Notes under the pieces: model-generated
Seen by the model: only the letters and a program-made list of their open reading frames with translations
What the model was told of the DNA's origin: nothing
Databases searched by the model: none
NCBI GenBank assembly: GCA_964016885.1
Contig: OZ024743.1
Location: 192,696,001-192,760,000 of the forward strand
Source of the DNA: Eledone cirrhosa
Taxonomy: Eukaryota
Direction of reading: 5' to 3'
DNA: 64,000 bases
Program-made: the position numbers and the translations under genes
Shown here: positions 26,770 to 39,412 of the stretch, piece by piece
Numbering within the stretch: the first letter of the stretch is position 1
How the letters are laid out: every line of letters begins with the position of its first letter

Positions 26770-28671
26770 CTACCTTTCCGCTTCCCGGGGTTCGGGTTGC
26801 ACGACTTCCATGGGGTCGGGGGTGTTGGGTGAAGGGGTGTCTTGTGGTGGTGTGGGGTCGTCAGTGTGTGGTGGGGTTGGGGTGTTTGGAGTTGTGTTGG
26901 GGAGGGGAAGGGGAGGGGGAAAGCTTTTTAGTAGGACGCGGTTTATGGGTTTGACAGAGGGTGGTCCTACGTCCTCCTTAAAATCCTTTTTTAGTTTTTG
27001 GTAGAGGTTCATTGGGATTTTTATTAGTTTTAAATGTGGGTGGTTTTCTGACGAAACAAAGTTTACACCTTCGGTTTGTACCGAAGGATTATTGTATATG
27101 AGTTCATTTAATTTATTATTGTTTCTGTTGATGTAAGTATAGTGTAATGTCTTTTTTTCCGATGGTGTGAGTGTTTCGAAGAGGGGAGGGGCAGGTTTGG
27201 TTTTGTTTGTTGCTGGAGGGGTGTTTTCTGTTTTGTTAGATTGTGTTGCGATTTGGGTGGGGGTTGTTTGTCCTTGTGTGTTTTGCACATGTTTTCTTTT
27301 TTTCCTTTTAATCTGTCTGAAGGACTCCGTTTCTTCCTCCGAATTCGTTGGGTTATCTTCAGTGTTGGAGGGAAGAGGTATATTTGCTGGTAATGTTTCC
27401 GTGTTGGTTTTCTTTGTGGGGGAGATGGATGTCACTATGTTAGACTGTGTTGTGTGTTGTGTCTGCGGTGGTTGTGTTGTTTTATTGAGTGAGAGGTTGG
27501 GTGGGCCTGTATTTTGTTTTGGGGTAATGTGTTGTGACTGTTTGTGTTGTGGTGGTGTTGTGGTGTTACTGAGGGGCGGGTTGGGTGGGACTGAGTTTTG
27601 TTGTTTGTTTATCTGTTGTGGTGGTGGTGGTGGAGCTGGTGTTGGTAGCAGGGTTTTCTTTTTGTTGAGTTGGGGACAAGCGGCCTTCAGGTGCCCTCTG
27701 CCTGCACAGATATGGCAGGACGGCCTTCTCCCCTCCACGCTAATGTTTATATACCCGTGGTCCTCTAATAGGATTCTGTCGGGTATTTGGGCGATGCGTT
27801 CAGGCTTCATTTGTACTACCAGCTCTATACCTGTTCCACTGAACGCATTGCCTGTGGTTTTCCCAATGGAAATCACGTTGTCATTCACTGGATCGATGAA
27901 GCCAGCTATGAGCCAGCAGTAGTCCACATCTGGCATCATTGCATCCAGCCATATGCGTTGAGTTTTTTTTCCCATATAAGATGGATAAAAGGTGAAATTT
28001 TTCGAACGAATCGGTGACAAAGCACATTTTTTTGCCGCCGATTCGTTCTTCATGATAATTGCTAGGCTTCCATACAGTCTGTCTTTTCTTATGAAAGTTG
28101 TTTCATTCAGTACTTCTGTGAGTACTGTTTTGATATCTGCTTGAGAAGGCTGTTCAGGTTTTTTTGTACTGTTGTTGATGGTCCGAAACTTGACCGTTCG
28201 GCTTTCAATGTCTTTCGTGAATTCTTGAGGCATTTTTACCAATAAAATACCATTCTCACCTTCACTTATGTATTGTTTTGCGTCCGTGATCCTTCGTACC
28301 ACATCTGAAATGTTTTCCGCTATATAAGTCAAAGATTTCTTTGTTTTCTGTGCAAATGAAATCTTGTCGTCTGCTTTGTTTTCTGATATGATGTTATTTT
28401 CAACTGTTATTTTTTTGTTTGTTGTGTCTTTGTTTGTGTTATTAGTATTGTCATGCAATTTTTCAAATTTTTTTTTTTCGTTGTTGGAATCCAAGTCCAG
28501 ATTTATGTTTTCGTCATTTAATTTTTTCTCCGCAGATTCGTCCGTTTTTATTTTCATTTTTCCTTCCTTCTCTATGACGTTAGTTGGGAAGGAAGGGAGG
28601 ACTAAAGCGTGCGAGCTTACAACTCTTACCGCTGTCCCCCCACCACTATTTTCGTTCGCTGCGTTTAACAT
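26770..28671 (-). CDS. LINE ORF1: nucleic-acid-binding protein with CCHC knuckle (633 aa, uninterrupted)
   Basis: CHICAGRGHLKAAC zinc knuckle, Pro/Gln/Thr-rich tail, KRKKRK basic patch; lies directly upstream of ORF2. Confidence 0.88.
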   Translation of the reverse strand: MLNAANENSGGGTAVRVVSSHALVLPSFPTNVIEKEGKMKIKTDESAEKKLNDENINLDLDSNNEKKKFEKLHDNTNNTNKDTTNKKITVENNIISENKADDKISFAQKTKKSLTYIAENISDVVRRITDAKQYISEGENGILLVKMPQEFTKDIESRTVKFRTINNSTKKPEQPSQADIKTVLTEVLNETTFIRKDRLYGSLAIIMKNESAAKKCALSPIRSKNFTFYPSYMGKKTQRIWLDAMMPDVDYCWLIAGFIDPVNDNVISIGKTTGNAFSGTGIELVVQMKPERIAQIPDRILLEDHGYINISVEGRRPSCHICAGRGHLKAACPQLNKKKTLLPTPAPPPPPQQINKQQNSVPPNPPLSNTTTPPQHKQSQHITPKQNTGPPNLSLNKTTQPPQTQHTTQSNIVTSISPTKKTNTETLPANIPLPSNTEDNPTNSEEETESFRQIKRKKRKHVQNTQGQTTPTQIATQSNKTENTPPATNKTKPAPPLFETLTPSEKKTLHYTYINRNNNKLNELIYNNPSVQTEGVNFVSSENHPHLKLIKIPMNLYQKLKKDFKEDVGPPSVKPINRVLLKSFPPPLPLPNTTPNTPTPPHTDDPTPPQDTPSPNTPDPMEVVQPEPREAER

Positions 28672-28900
28672 TTCTGTTAGACGATTGAAATTTTTTACAC
28701 AAAATTTTTTAAAACAGGTTTTTCACCTCTAGGAGGGGTAAAGATGAGCTGACCCACCGCCTGACAGTTCAGACGGAGGGTCAAGCTACACAATTGTATC
28801 AAAATTAAGTTTGAACTCACAAAATTTCCTCAATAAATTTGAACAAAACTTCTGTGCGAAGTGAATGACATCCACACTGTAGAACAGACGACAGCTAGCT

Positions 28901-29050
<150 letters not shown>

Positions 29051-29054
29051 TATA

Positions 29055-29131
<77 letters not shown>

Positions 29132-29274
29132 GCAGGCATAAGTTGAAATTATAACCAGTACAACTGCAAAATCTTGTTTAACAACCTGAATACTACAATT
29201 AAAAGATTAAAAGACTTGTCAAACAAGGAAAACTACATGTTGCTTTAAACACATGTTCTACTTTCCGACACTCC

Positions 29275-29497
29275 GGGCATGTGATTAGAATTTCTCAGAT
29301 TTTACGGGCAAAGACCAGCTGGCAAGAGACCCAGTGGCAAGATGCTTGCATAACATCCATCAACATGGCTGCTTGTGCTTGGGGATCCAACCGGATCGAT
29401 TGAAGACGGTTGCTTCTGACAAGACTCGCTGGAAGGAGTGTTTGAGGACTCTTCCTCCATGACCCTCTCATGAATAAGTGGGCAAAGAAGAAGAAGA
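29275..29497 (+). mobile_element. RTE-clade 3' fragment, homologous to 3561-3833
   Basis: Shared GGGCATGTG..TTAGAAT, CTTGGGGATCCA and GAAGGAGTGTTTGAGGACTCT, plus a short GAA tail. Confidence 0.7.
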
Positions 29498-29777
29498 GTC
29501 CGATTCAACAGCGTGGCGTCTCGAGCAAGTGTCATTTACCTAAGTCTCGGATCGACTCAAGCCTTGCGAGTGAAATTGGGTAGACAGAAACAGTGTGGAG
29601 GCTCGTCAGATAGACTGAACCTATAATCCACAGGTCTGTGGAATACTCGACGAGTTGCACATTAACTGCATAAGCAGCCTGTTACAGCGATTAAAAAAAA
29701 CTCGAACACTAATCGTCGAAATAAAATTAGGTCCACTCCAATATTAGCAAAAAAAAAATCATGCCTCTAAATTAATA

Positions 29778-29871
<94 letters not shown>

Positions 29872-29970
29872 CTCTGTTTGCATGCGCAAACAGAGACAGA
29901 GACAAGAATAAATAAAGAAATAAAATTAAAATGACGTAGACATTACAATACAACGGGAGGAAACATATAG

Positions 29971-30014
29971 TACCACTGATGATGTCACAGATGTGTGACG
30001 AAAGAACTTTGATA
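29971..30014 (+). ncRNA. Minimal hammerhead motif, partly decayed
   Basis: TACCA-CTGATGA-T-GTCACA-GATG-TGTGAC-GAAA-GAAC-TT-TGATA. Perfect 6-bp stem II; weak stems I and III. Confidence 0.6.
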
Positions 30015-30254
30015 GACTATAATTGTGTATGGTTGACGGTATATTTAGTCAGTTTCTACATGTTGTTGAAATGTTGGATAAATACTCTATCGTGGCCACC
30101 GCGAAGAGGCCGCTTTCGGTTATTTGTCGAAAATTTCTTCATAGGAGCCTTTATTCTTATAGCTTGGTCTAATTGATTTTTTATATGGTTAATTATGCTA
30201 ATTGGGAGAGGAAATGGTATATATTTTATCTAGTGATTCTAAGGACATGATTTA

Positions 30255-30302
<48 letters not shown>

Positions 30303-30485
30303 GTTATATAGTAAGGTGCATTATTGGTTGTGTAAAATGGTCCAATAACTTTATGTTAGCAATATTAAGTTCTCCACGCTTTTGTATATCTCCAATTCCA
30401 TTCAAGGGAACAGCTAGACGTTGTAAAACGGAGTATAAGTATCAAAATGAAAATCCGAAGGCAAGGTAAAATTCCAATCATTTAA

Positions 30486-30559
30486 TCACGACACATGTTT
30501 CAATAAGAGATAGATCGATTGTGAAGCCATGATCGATTATCACTGATATCATCAGGTGA
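30486..30559 (-). ncRNA. Minimal type-I hammerhead ribozyme in the PLE 3' end
   Basis: TCAC-CTGATGA-T-[long imperfect stem II with ATCGAT/ATCGAT]-T-GAAA-CATGTG-TC-GTGA. 4-bp stem I, palindromic ACATGT in stem III, GUC cleavage triplet. Confidence 0.82.
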
Positions 30560-32182
30560 AAATGAATTGTCTTCAAATTCTTGATATGAGGGAGGAAAAT
30601 AACGATGTTCTCTCACAGAATTCATTCCCTCATATGGAGACACCAGTCAGAGACACGGCGACTGCTATTAACTTCAGTTGAGGTCATAAAAGTTTTCAGA
30701 TTTCTATCGCTGCAAAAGACGCTGGACATCAATCAAATCTGTAGGGATACAGTCAGTCACAGTTAATGTGAGTGGGTACACACACATTCCACACCCACAT
30801 ACACCGGCTCGAGGTCAAAGAAAAATATATACATATATATACACACATCAACACAGTATTAAACCTGTAGAGTTAGTGTGGGTGGGTACACACACGCTCT
30901 CACACACACCGAAGCGATGTCCGAGAAAAAACAAATATAAGAAAACAAATATAAGAATGTACCAACACAGCACTCACCGAAAGTTAGTTCACAAAACAAC
31001 AGAAGCTATATTAGCCAAATCTCAATTTGACGATGTAAATTGGAAATTTAGGGTCAACCACAAGCAAGTAAGTTCAGTTCAGTGTTCTGCTATACGTGTA
31101 TAGATTGAATTGTAACATCCATATCTTCAAGTGTATGTTATGGTATATACACATCCGAATCGTCCAAAAAAGGGTATGTCCGGGTATATACACATCCATG
31201 TGAAGAGCAAGCAATCAGCTCATATCGAACTCAGTATGTACCGCTGTGCCATTGAGAATCCGAATCACCAAATCTGTGCGTGCAAGCAACCGCAATGTAG
31301 GCCAGCAAAGGGCTCCGTGTAGGGTTGGGTATTGGGTAAATGCGTCCGTAAGTGCGATTTCCCGTCATATGGGCCAATGAGCTTTTAAGATAGTTGTTTG
31401 AGTGGTGGAGGTGTGTTATCCAACACAGAAGTTGAAGTAAAAAAACACAGGATAGTAAAATCCAAAGGATGTGTGTAGGCCCATTAATGGTGTGTCAGTA
31501 TTATTGTTCAATCCGTAACAGTGAGTCCTCCATGGTTAGATGATCACGGATCAAAACCTAGTGTAGTGTTCAGTCGGTAGGAACGTGACAGTCGTAATTG
31601 TGGGAGCTCAATGTCTAAAGGAAACGAGTACTGTGTGTAGAGTTATGTATAGAGAGCGTAATCGGTCCTAACTAAATGTGTAATACGACTAGCTATATCC
31701 CAACTGAGAGAACTCAATGGTTAGGGTATCTTAAAGTAAAGGTAGGTGTGTGTAATCGGTCATGTCTCAGTGTGCAATCAATTACTAACTAGGTATACTA
31801 AGTGTGTAATCAATCTAACTATTTACTAGCTAGGTATTCTAAAAAAGTGCACTCAGCTGTGAGAACTCCGTGGAAACAGCCCGAGTATCGTTTGTAAGTG
31901 CGCAAACAATCTTAGCCGTCTAACTACCTGAGTGTGTGACTGTCTGTTTATTGAGAGAACTCTATGGCTAAAGTAGAGAGGGAGGAGTTAGTGGTAGGTT
32001 ACCTTCCAAAAATCCTGCGGAAAGCTTTCGAGGTTCTATGTTGGCAGTTGCTGAAAAAATCTGCTCTCCTATTAATTAATAGGGGGCCGCCTCTAATAAT
32101 ATAAAAAGTTTCAGCTATACATAAATTGCAAACGCCAGTGCTGCCATTATAAGGTTGGGCTGAGCAAACTATCCATCTATCC

Positions 32183-32690
32183 TTAAATTATGTGGCAAAA
32201 GGTTCTATCAGGAGTGGAGACCTTACAGTCGTAGACTATGTTTTTGGTAAGGCATTTCCCAGCCATGGGGCAGGTGGCGGTGCTTCTGCAGTTACATTTT
32301 TTGCTATCGACCTGGGTAGTTCCAGATGGACGACGATACCTTTGGGGTCGGGTCTCAGTTCCTGTCTGCTCTATGGGTAAATTCCCTGGGGTTGGGGAGA
32401 CACGACTCGCCTCACGTGTATGAGTCAGTTCCTCAATAGAGTTGCCATTGTTCCTGCCATGCCTAATTCTCTCATGGGCTGTCCTAAGTCTACTATAATT
32501 CATCTTAGCTATATTCTGAGCTATGTTACTAGTTGTGGAGTAGGACAGCTTGGTGGTATTTCTATTGAATATTTTATAATATCTGTGCGATCTAGGGAAG
32601 CATTTGTCTAAGGCCCTAAAGAAAAGCTTAGCTATACTAGTGGTCAGGCCAGTGGGGTAAGGGGGATTATACCACAGGACTTTTCTGGTT
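32183..32690 (-). pseudogene. PLE linker and GIY-YIG start, frameshifted
   Basis: WYNPP motif, Cys motif and IVY, homologous to 882-2018. Confidence 0.8.
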
Positions 32691-32706
32691 CGATGCCTCT
32701 TATTCT

Positions 32707-32915
<209 letters not shown>

Positions 32916-33180
32916 ATATACTTATTTATATCTGTATTTTTAACCGTTAGTCAATCAATGATAAACATTGATTGTCAGGTAAATTAACTATGGAGATATA
33001 AAAGATACAGAACCAAAAACCGATCCAAACCAAAATGTGAGTGTGTTTTATTATTATTTCTGGCAATATTATAACAATATGACTCTCCCCAAATATAACA
33101 ATATTTGTTTCAACACACGATTTCATATCAAAAACCTTGCAAAATAAATATATATATATATATATCATTACCACAAAAGA

Positions 33181-33265
33181 AGTCCGACGAGCTTTTGATT
33201 CCAGAGTCGGGCTAGATCGATAAAGATCGAACCTTGAGCTGATCAATAGCGAAACGCGCGTCACT
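33181..33265 (+). ncRNA. Minimal type-I hammerhead with CCGACGA core variant
   Basis: AGT-CCGACGA-GCTTTTGAT..ATCAATAGC-GAAA-CGCGCG-TC-ACT. Lies in a 155-bp island between two (TA)n tracts, ending TTATTATTACTA. Confidence 0.75.
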
Positions 33266-33774
33266 ACTAATTAAACGTAATGAAGACATAACACATCGTC
33301 GTTTTTATTATTATTACTATACATATATATATATATATATACATACACACGCACACACACACACACATGGTTGTTAGGAAGTTCGAATAAGATAAATACT
33401 TAGTTATCTTTAAATATGAGCTAGTTTTCGACGTTATAAGAATAAGTACCAGTAAAAACCGCGGAAATAGATTTCGATATGATGAGTCGTAGAGCTTAGG
33501 GCAAACTTCAACTTTTAACGTAACTAAATATCTAATAGAAGACGGCAAAAAGCAGGGGGTGCAAGGGAGATAATTCACAACTACTTAAAATCTTACGAAT
33601 CATTTTAATTTATTCGCATATAAGGGGGAGTAACTACAATGGAAGAAATGCTTCGAGAAGGAAATACAGGCTCTTCTGTCAGTTAAAAGGAGTACTATAC
33701 ATGCAGGCAAAGCAAAGGTACAATGAGAAAAAGCACGAAACTAAATAAAAATATGAGAGAGAGAGAAAGAGAGA

Positions 33775-33855
<81 letters not shown>

Positions 33856-34187
33856 AGGTGATAACTGATAGGGAGAACAAGACGCACACACACACACACA
33901 TATATATAGTACATCATCATCATCAGGTCGAGCTTGCTCGGCTTTCTACTATATTTAGCTCTAGACTTAGCTATTGACCAGTTAATTTTATTGTTCATTT
34001 TTTGTCGATTCTATTAAATGATGAATAGCCCCTGTTTATTTTAACATGTCTATTGAGCACTCTTATTCGATATGTGTTTTTGCCACATTTTTCCGAATAT
34101 TTTTGCGGATATAAAGGTTATCTCCCTTGCTGAAATCCATGTGCGTATTTTTAGCCTGGGTCTTGTCTTTTCATCCATTCGGACAAA

Positions 34188-34290
34188 GCTCGTTGATGAA
34201 GTAACTCCAGTCCCCCGTTTGTCTGTAAGTCTTATATTTTTATGTGAGCTGATAGATGACGGTTTAAGGATTTACAGAAACCCAAGAAGC
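34188..34290 (+). ncRNA. Degenerate hammerhead-like relic
   Basis: TTGATGA-A-GTAACTCC..CCGT..TCTTATAT-TTTT-ATGTGAG..ACGG..GGATTTAC-A-GAAAC. The cleavage triplet is lost. The host segment ends ATTATTCTACTA-(TA)n at about 34559. Confidence 0.4.
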
Positions 34291-34554
34291 TAGATATTCC
34301 ATCTCTCTAGTGGGTCCGGGTATGCTTTTTACATTCATTTCATTTATTGATTTATTGATAATTTATCTGAGTGTCCCGAATCTTCCATATCGAACTTTTC
34401 GGTTATTTGGTTGATTGTAGACATATTCTACGTGTGACGGTATTTTAACGATAGTTATAGTTCTGTTTTATTTGAATTATAGAGCCCTCTGCCGCTCATC
34501 TCGAATTTTGTTTATCGTGAACTCGTGCGCCGATTTTTCGATACTCGATTATTC

Positions 34555-34607
<53 letters not shown>

Positions 34608-35109
34608 TTCATTATTTAACGATCGTTTCTAGGACATATATGTGTTAGAATTGGCATGCATATTCAAAAGATCTATGTACAAAATTATACAAACTATCAA
34701 AGAGAATATACATACCAACACATATATATGCTGTCTTCAGAAATAATGAAGTATATTTATTGATAATAACAACAATTCAAAATTACAGGTCTGTTTGGGA
34801 ACAGATTTTAAATAGACCAATGAAATACATAAAAATTCATCAAGAAAATACAGTTAGGTGTGTGTATATATGTAAGTAACTTCGTTCACAGATATGCATA
34901 AAAATGTATGCGCACATGCATACGCATGTCGAAAAAGTGTATGTAAATATAAAAATTCAGGGCTAATGTTTCTGTATGTTTATAATCCACAGACAAAATA
35001 TACATACATATACATACATATATACACATATATATACACACATATACACACATTCATACACACACATGCATATATACATAAACACACACATACCCACGAA
35101 CACCCACAC

Positions 35110-35142
<33 letters not shown>

Positions 35143-36439
35143 TACGTATATATTATTATTATAACTATATGGATATTGACTTTTGACAATGTAGTAAGCA
35201 ATGTGTGACAAATGCAGGTATGGCTAAGTGATTAAGAAGTTCGCTGCGCGATCATGCAACCCGAGTTCGATCACACTGCACGGCATCTTGGGCAAGTGTC
35301 TTTACCAAAGTCTTCGGTCGATCCAAACCTTGCAGGTAAACTCAGAAACTCTAAAATTCCAAACGGGGACCATGAAAAGAAGTACCCCAAAACAGGGAGA
35401 AATGAGGCAAAATGAAGAGATTTTACATAATGAAAACTATGCCCATTTTCCCAAGAGAAGACATCTCCCACCCATCCTAAAGTGAGTCGGTGATCTCCCC
35501 GTTGGACGGGAAGCGTTGACAGGTCTGGAAACTGGTTAGACTGAAACTATGTAGACGCCCATTGAATAGACTGTACCTCTAATTCCAAGATCCAACCATG
35601 TCCCATATTAATTCGACTTAAGAAATACATTATGGGCAAAAGGGTCTGTGGAATACTCAGCCATCAACATGTTAATTCACCAGTCAGACATTCAATATAA
35701 CGATCACCGTTGAAACCGATTTCCACCAGCACCATCATCATCGATTAATCAATCAATGTAGTAAGCAGCAAAAAATATGTTATAATCTTAATGGTGTAAA
35801 GATCCAGAAAGTATATGAAGAAAATGAAAATAACATTCGGTAATTACTTACGGAAAACTATTTTAAATCAACCAAATAAATGATAAGACAGGGGAGAGCA
35901 CTCTGTTAAGAACAAAACAACCGTAGAGATCTTCCAAATTTTTAGATCATCAACCCCTTATTAGAATCCTTGCTTTGCCACCACCACTAGCCCAATCAAC
36001 CGCAGACATGTACAAAAATGAATCAGTAAACAGAATATAAAATAATAGACAATAATGACTAATCATATATAACTCAGAAACCTCTATAAGCAAATTGTAT
36101 TTTATTGTATTAGTATTTATACATGGCGGGTTGGCAGTATCGTTACAGCGTCGGACAGAATGCTATAGCAAGCATTTAGTTTCGGCTCTTTACGTTCTGA
36201 TTTCAAATCCTACTGCGTTCAAATTCTGGTCCAATCGACCATTGGTGATTGATATCGACTACTTTGGAGACTTCTGCCTTATAGTATCACAGATTTGGTA
36301 CTAATGTTCAATTTTGCTTCTGTAATTGATAAAATATAGTTACTGATACATCTAAAATAAACTACATAACACCCTGTAGATTATGATGGATCCTTCGTCG
36401 GTTTCGACGATGGGAATTTAGTTCTTCAATCATCTAAAT

Positions 36440-36772
36440 GGGTAGAGGTAGAGATCCTCTTCAGTCACGATTGACCATGGGCTTTGCACCTAGAAAGTTC
36501 CCCCACCGAGGTACAAGTCCGAGCAATGTGCTTTTGTGGAAGACCAGCAGTCGCCCGTACATATCAGTCAACTCTCTCCACGCCACCGTTGTCCAAGGGA
36601 AAGACAAGAGCCGATATACCTTGGCACTGGTGACAACACAACTCATTTCTCCAGCTGAGTGAACTGCAGTAACGTGAAGTAAAGTGTCTTGCACAAGGAC
36701 ACAACACACCACCCGGTCCGGGAATCGAACTTACAACCTGACGATTGTGAGCCCAACGCTCTAACCACTAAG
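36440..36772 (-). mobile_element. tRNA-headed SINE
   Basis: TAGTGGTTAGAGCG A-box and GTTCGATTCCC B-box on the minus strand; a relative lies at about 46015-46200. Confidence 0.7.
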
Positions 36773-37233
36773 GGTTCATTATTTCACGGACACGTGTATG
36801 CTTAACGTAATTCTCAGGCAGGATCAGCATGACACAATTTGTAACGAAGCTAGACATTTGAATTATAGATATAGTCCTTCTTACGAGGCCCCACATTCAT
36901 TGTCAATCTAATTTCCTTCACAAGTCGACCGAGACTATTGTAAAGACACTTGCCTAAGATACCTCGCAGTGGGATCCAGCCCTGTACCTCGTGACTGCGA
37001 AGCGAACTTATTAACCATAGAGCCATGCCTGTGTCGGATACTGTAGATTATATTAAAAAAGGAGGTCTCCAAGAAAGAAAAACAAAAGATAACTGTTAAC
37101 GAATTGTATTCCCTTTTTTTTTCACAACTGATTTGAACTTATGCAAAACAATACATTGTATGTATCGTTCTGCATGCATACATGCATACATAAATACCCC
37201 TTTCTATCTACTTCTCACCCTCAACCAGGTAAG

Positions 37234-37330
<97 letters not shown>

Positions 37331-39412
37331 AAGAGTTTCTGCTTTTGTAGCCCACCAGTAATTTATAAATGGATATATTGTGTAAGAATGTTTATATTTA
37401 CATGACATGCTGACTACAGTGGACAATAACAAAAAATAGAATTTATAGCTGTCAGTTTTTATTTTTGCATTTGACACTTTCTAGAAATGATGTGTGTGTG
37501 TGGGGGGGGTGTAATAAAGATTAGTGTGCTTAAGATCTGAGATACTATAAAATAGCTTGTAAAATAAGACTCTTAAAGACGAAAAAAGAAGTTGCCATCG
37601 GCCGATGTGAGGCTTCACCTTATTTTATAAGCTACTAGACCACCGTCACCCGTTGGGTTACGTTCACTGCAAAATATTCTTGAAAAATCATGTTCACTTA
37701 AAAATAATTTTGAAATAATTAAAATATATACAGACATGTATATAATGTAAAATGAAACTGGAAGGCCCATATATATATATATACGTGTATGTATATATAT
37801 ACATATAAATATGTGTGTATATATATATATATATGTATCTGTGTGTGTGTGTATATATATATATGTAGGTGTCTGTGATATATGTACACTGGTCATAGAC
37901 ACACATATATATATATATATATACACAACAACACGACCAACTCTCTCTCTCTCTCTCTCTCTCTCTTCCGTTCTCCTTCTCTGTCTCCTCTCCCTCTCTC
38001 TATATCTTTCTTTCAGTCTACTCTGTCATAACCACTATCTCTTCCTCTCTACTTTTCTCTTTGTTTATGAAGGTACCCTGAAAAACCCCATATCCCGAGA
38101 ACCCGTACTCCGATTTACGCGAAACTTGTTTTATTCCATTTGTATCCCTATTTCAGGGTCAATTTCCTTTTGGGTGTATTACATTACAGACAAGCAAACA
38201 AGAAAGCAATCATAGAGTTTTAGTAGTATATAGATTTCCGCGCATCACAGCGCATGAGCACACCATTCTTTATATTGACTTTATTCCCTTTGCGCTTCGT
38301 AAACGTCCAAGAGATCGGCTTCGTATACACGATGTTTGTTAAAATATATATATATATATTTCTGTTAGTTATATCGAAAATCGTTGATATCAAATATGGT
38401 ACAATACGCCTGTAAATAGGAAAGAAGGAATGGATCTCATTCAGTTTCGACGGTGATTGTTCCGGTTGTTCTATCAACGGAACAGCCCCCTCGTGAAATA
38501 TACGTGTAAGTGGCTGAACAGTAAAGGTAAAGTTGACCTCAGCGAGATTTGAACTTAAGGCGCAGTGAGCCGGAACGAACAACGAGGTATTTATTTAACC
38601 TGACTCTTTGACGACTGGCGATTCGCCGCCTTAAGTGAATTTAAACAATACCAAATCAATTAATTGTCTTGATCTAAGACACCATGCGCTATCTGGTGTG
38701 GGAATCAAACCTATAACCTTATGATCATAAGCCCTAAGCCCTAACCACTAGGTCACGGCGTCTTCATACCTTCGTGTAATATGATTTATATATTATATTT
38801 TATTCGCAGTTGTATAAATAACATTACAAATTGTTTATAATTCTTACAGAATGAAAATATAAATACAAATATAAGCACATATAAATACAATTAATTACTG
38901 CTAGGAACCTCACAAATATAATGCTAAAAAATCTATGATCAAAGTGAGAGAAAAAGACATAGGCTCCCACTCGGATTGCAACAAGAGGCTAGTCCAGGCT
39001 GAGAAGACCACCAATATTGGCCACAGGCAGAGCATCAATCCAGTCCCCCGAGAATTTTGCGGTTGCAGAAAGTAAGCGACACCTTTAAATAATTCATTGG
39101 TTCCTTTCTATCGGTGAAAGATCTTGTGTAGTGATATATTAGCACAGAATTGTTGTTAATACATCACTAGACAAAACAGATTGGGTTTATCTGATACGAA
39201 TATTTACTTCTCCGACGGAATAGTGTCGAAATATAGTTTATTTTTCTCGGTTTCGATAACCTTTGATCCTGTCTCTAATATCAGACGTAGCAAATCAACA
39301 ACTTCTTCATCGGTAAGTCACGTTGAATGTTCGTGTTAAATTTTTTTCCGTTGACTGTAGTGAAATTTCATAAGTCTATCTATATATCTATCTATCTATC
39401 TATCTATTTATT

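Larger units (their letters stand above)
23084..28900 (-). mobile_element. Full-length Tx1-like (L1 group) non-LTR retrotransposon, subfamily A
   Basis: 5' UTR of about 230 bp, ORF1, 33-bp spacer, ORF2, and 3' UTR of about 215 bp ending AATAAAGAAA. (GATA)n on both sides. Confidence 0.93.
30300..32700 (-). mobile_element. Decayed 5'-truncated Neptune-type PLE bounded by (TA)n on both sides
   Basis: VLWYNPPY near 32660-32682 and [26 protein letters not shown], then a long 3' non-coding region with a hammerhead near the end. (TA)n at 30258-30299 and 32711-32920. Confidence 0.82.

Noticed and set aside
27167-27922. 251-aa antisense ORF, and other overlapping ORFs within the LINE and gypsy elements
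   Set aside because: Shadow frames of compositionally biased coding sequence.
36700-36772. tRNA genes suggested by A/B boxes here and elsewhere
   Set aside because: No complete cloverleaf; each continues into a SINE body.
38070-38235. Possible Helitron/Helentron-derived end (ACAGACAAGCAAAC..TAGTAGTATATAGAT)
   Set aside because: Resemblance from memory only; boundaries could not be defined.
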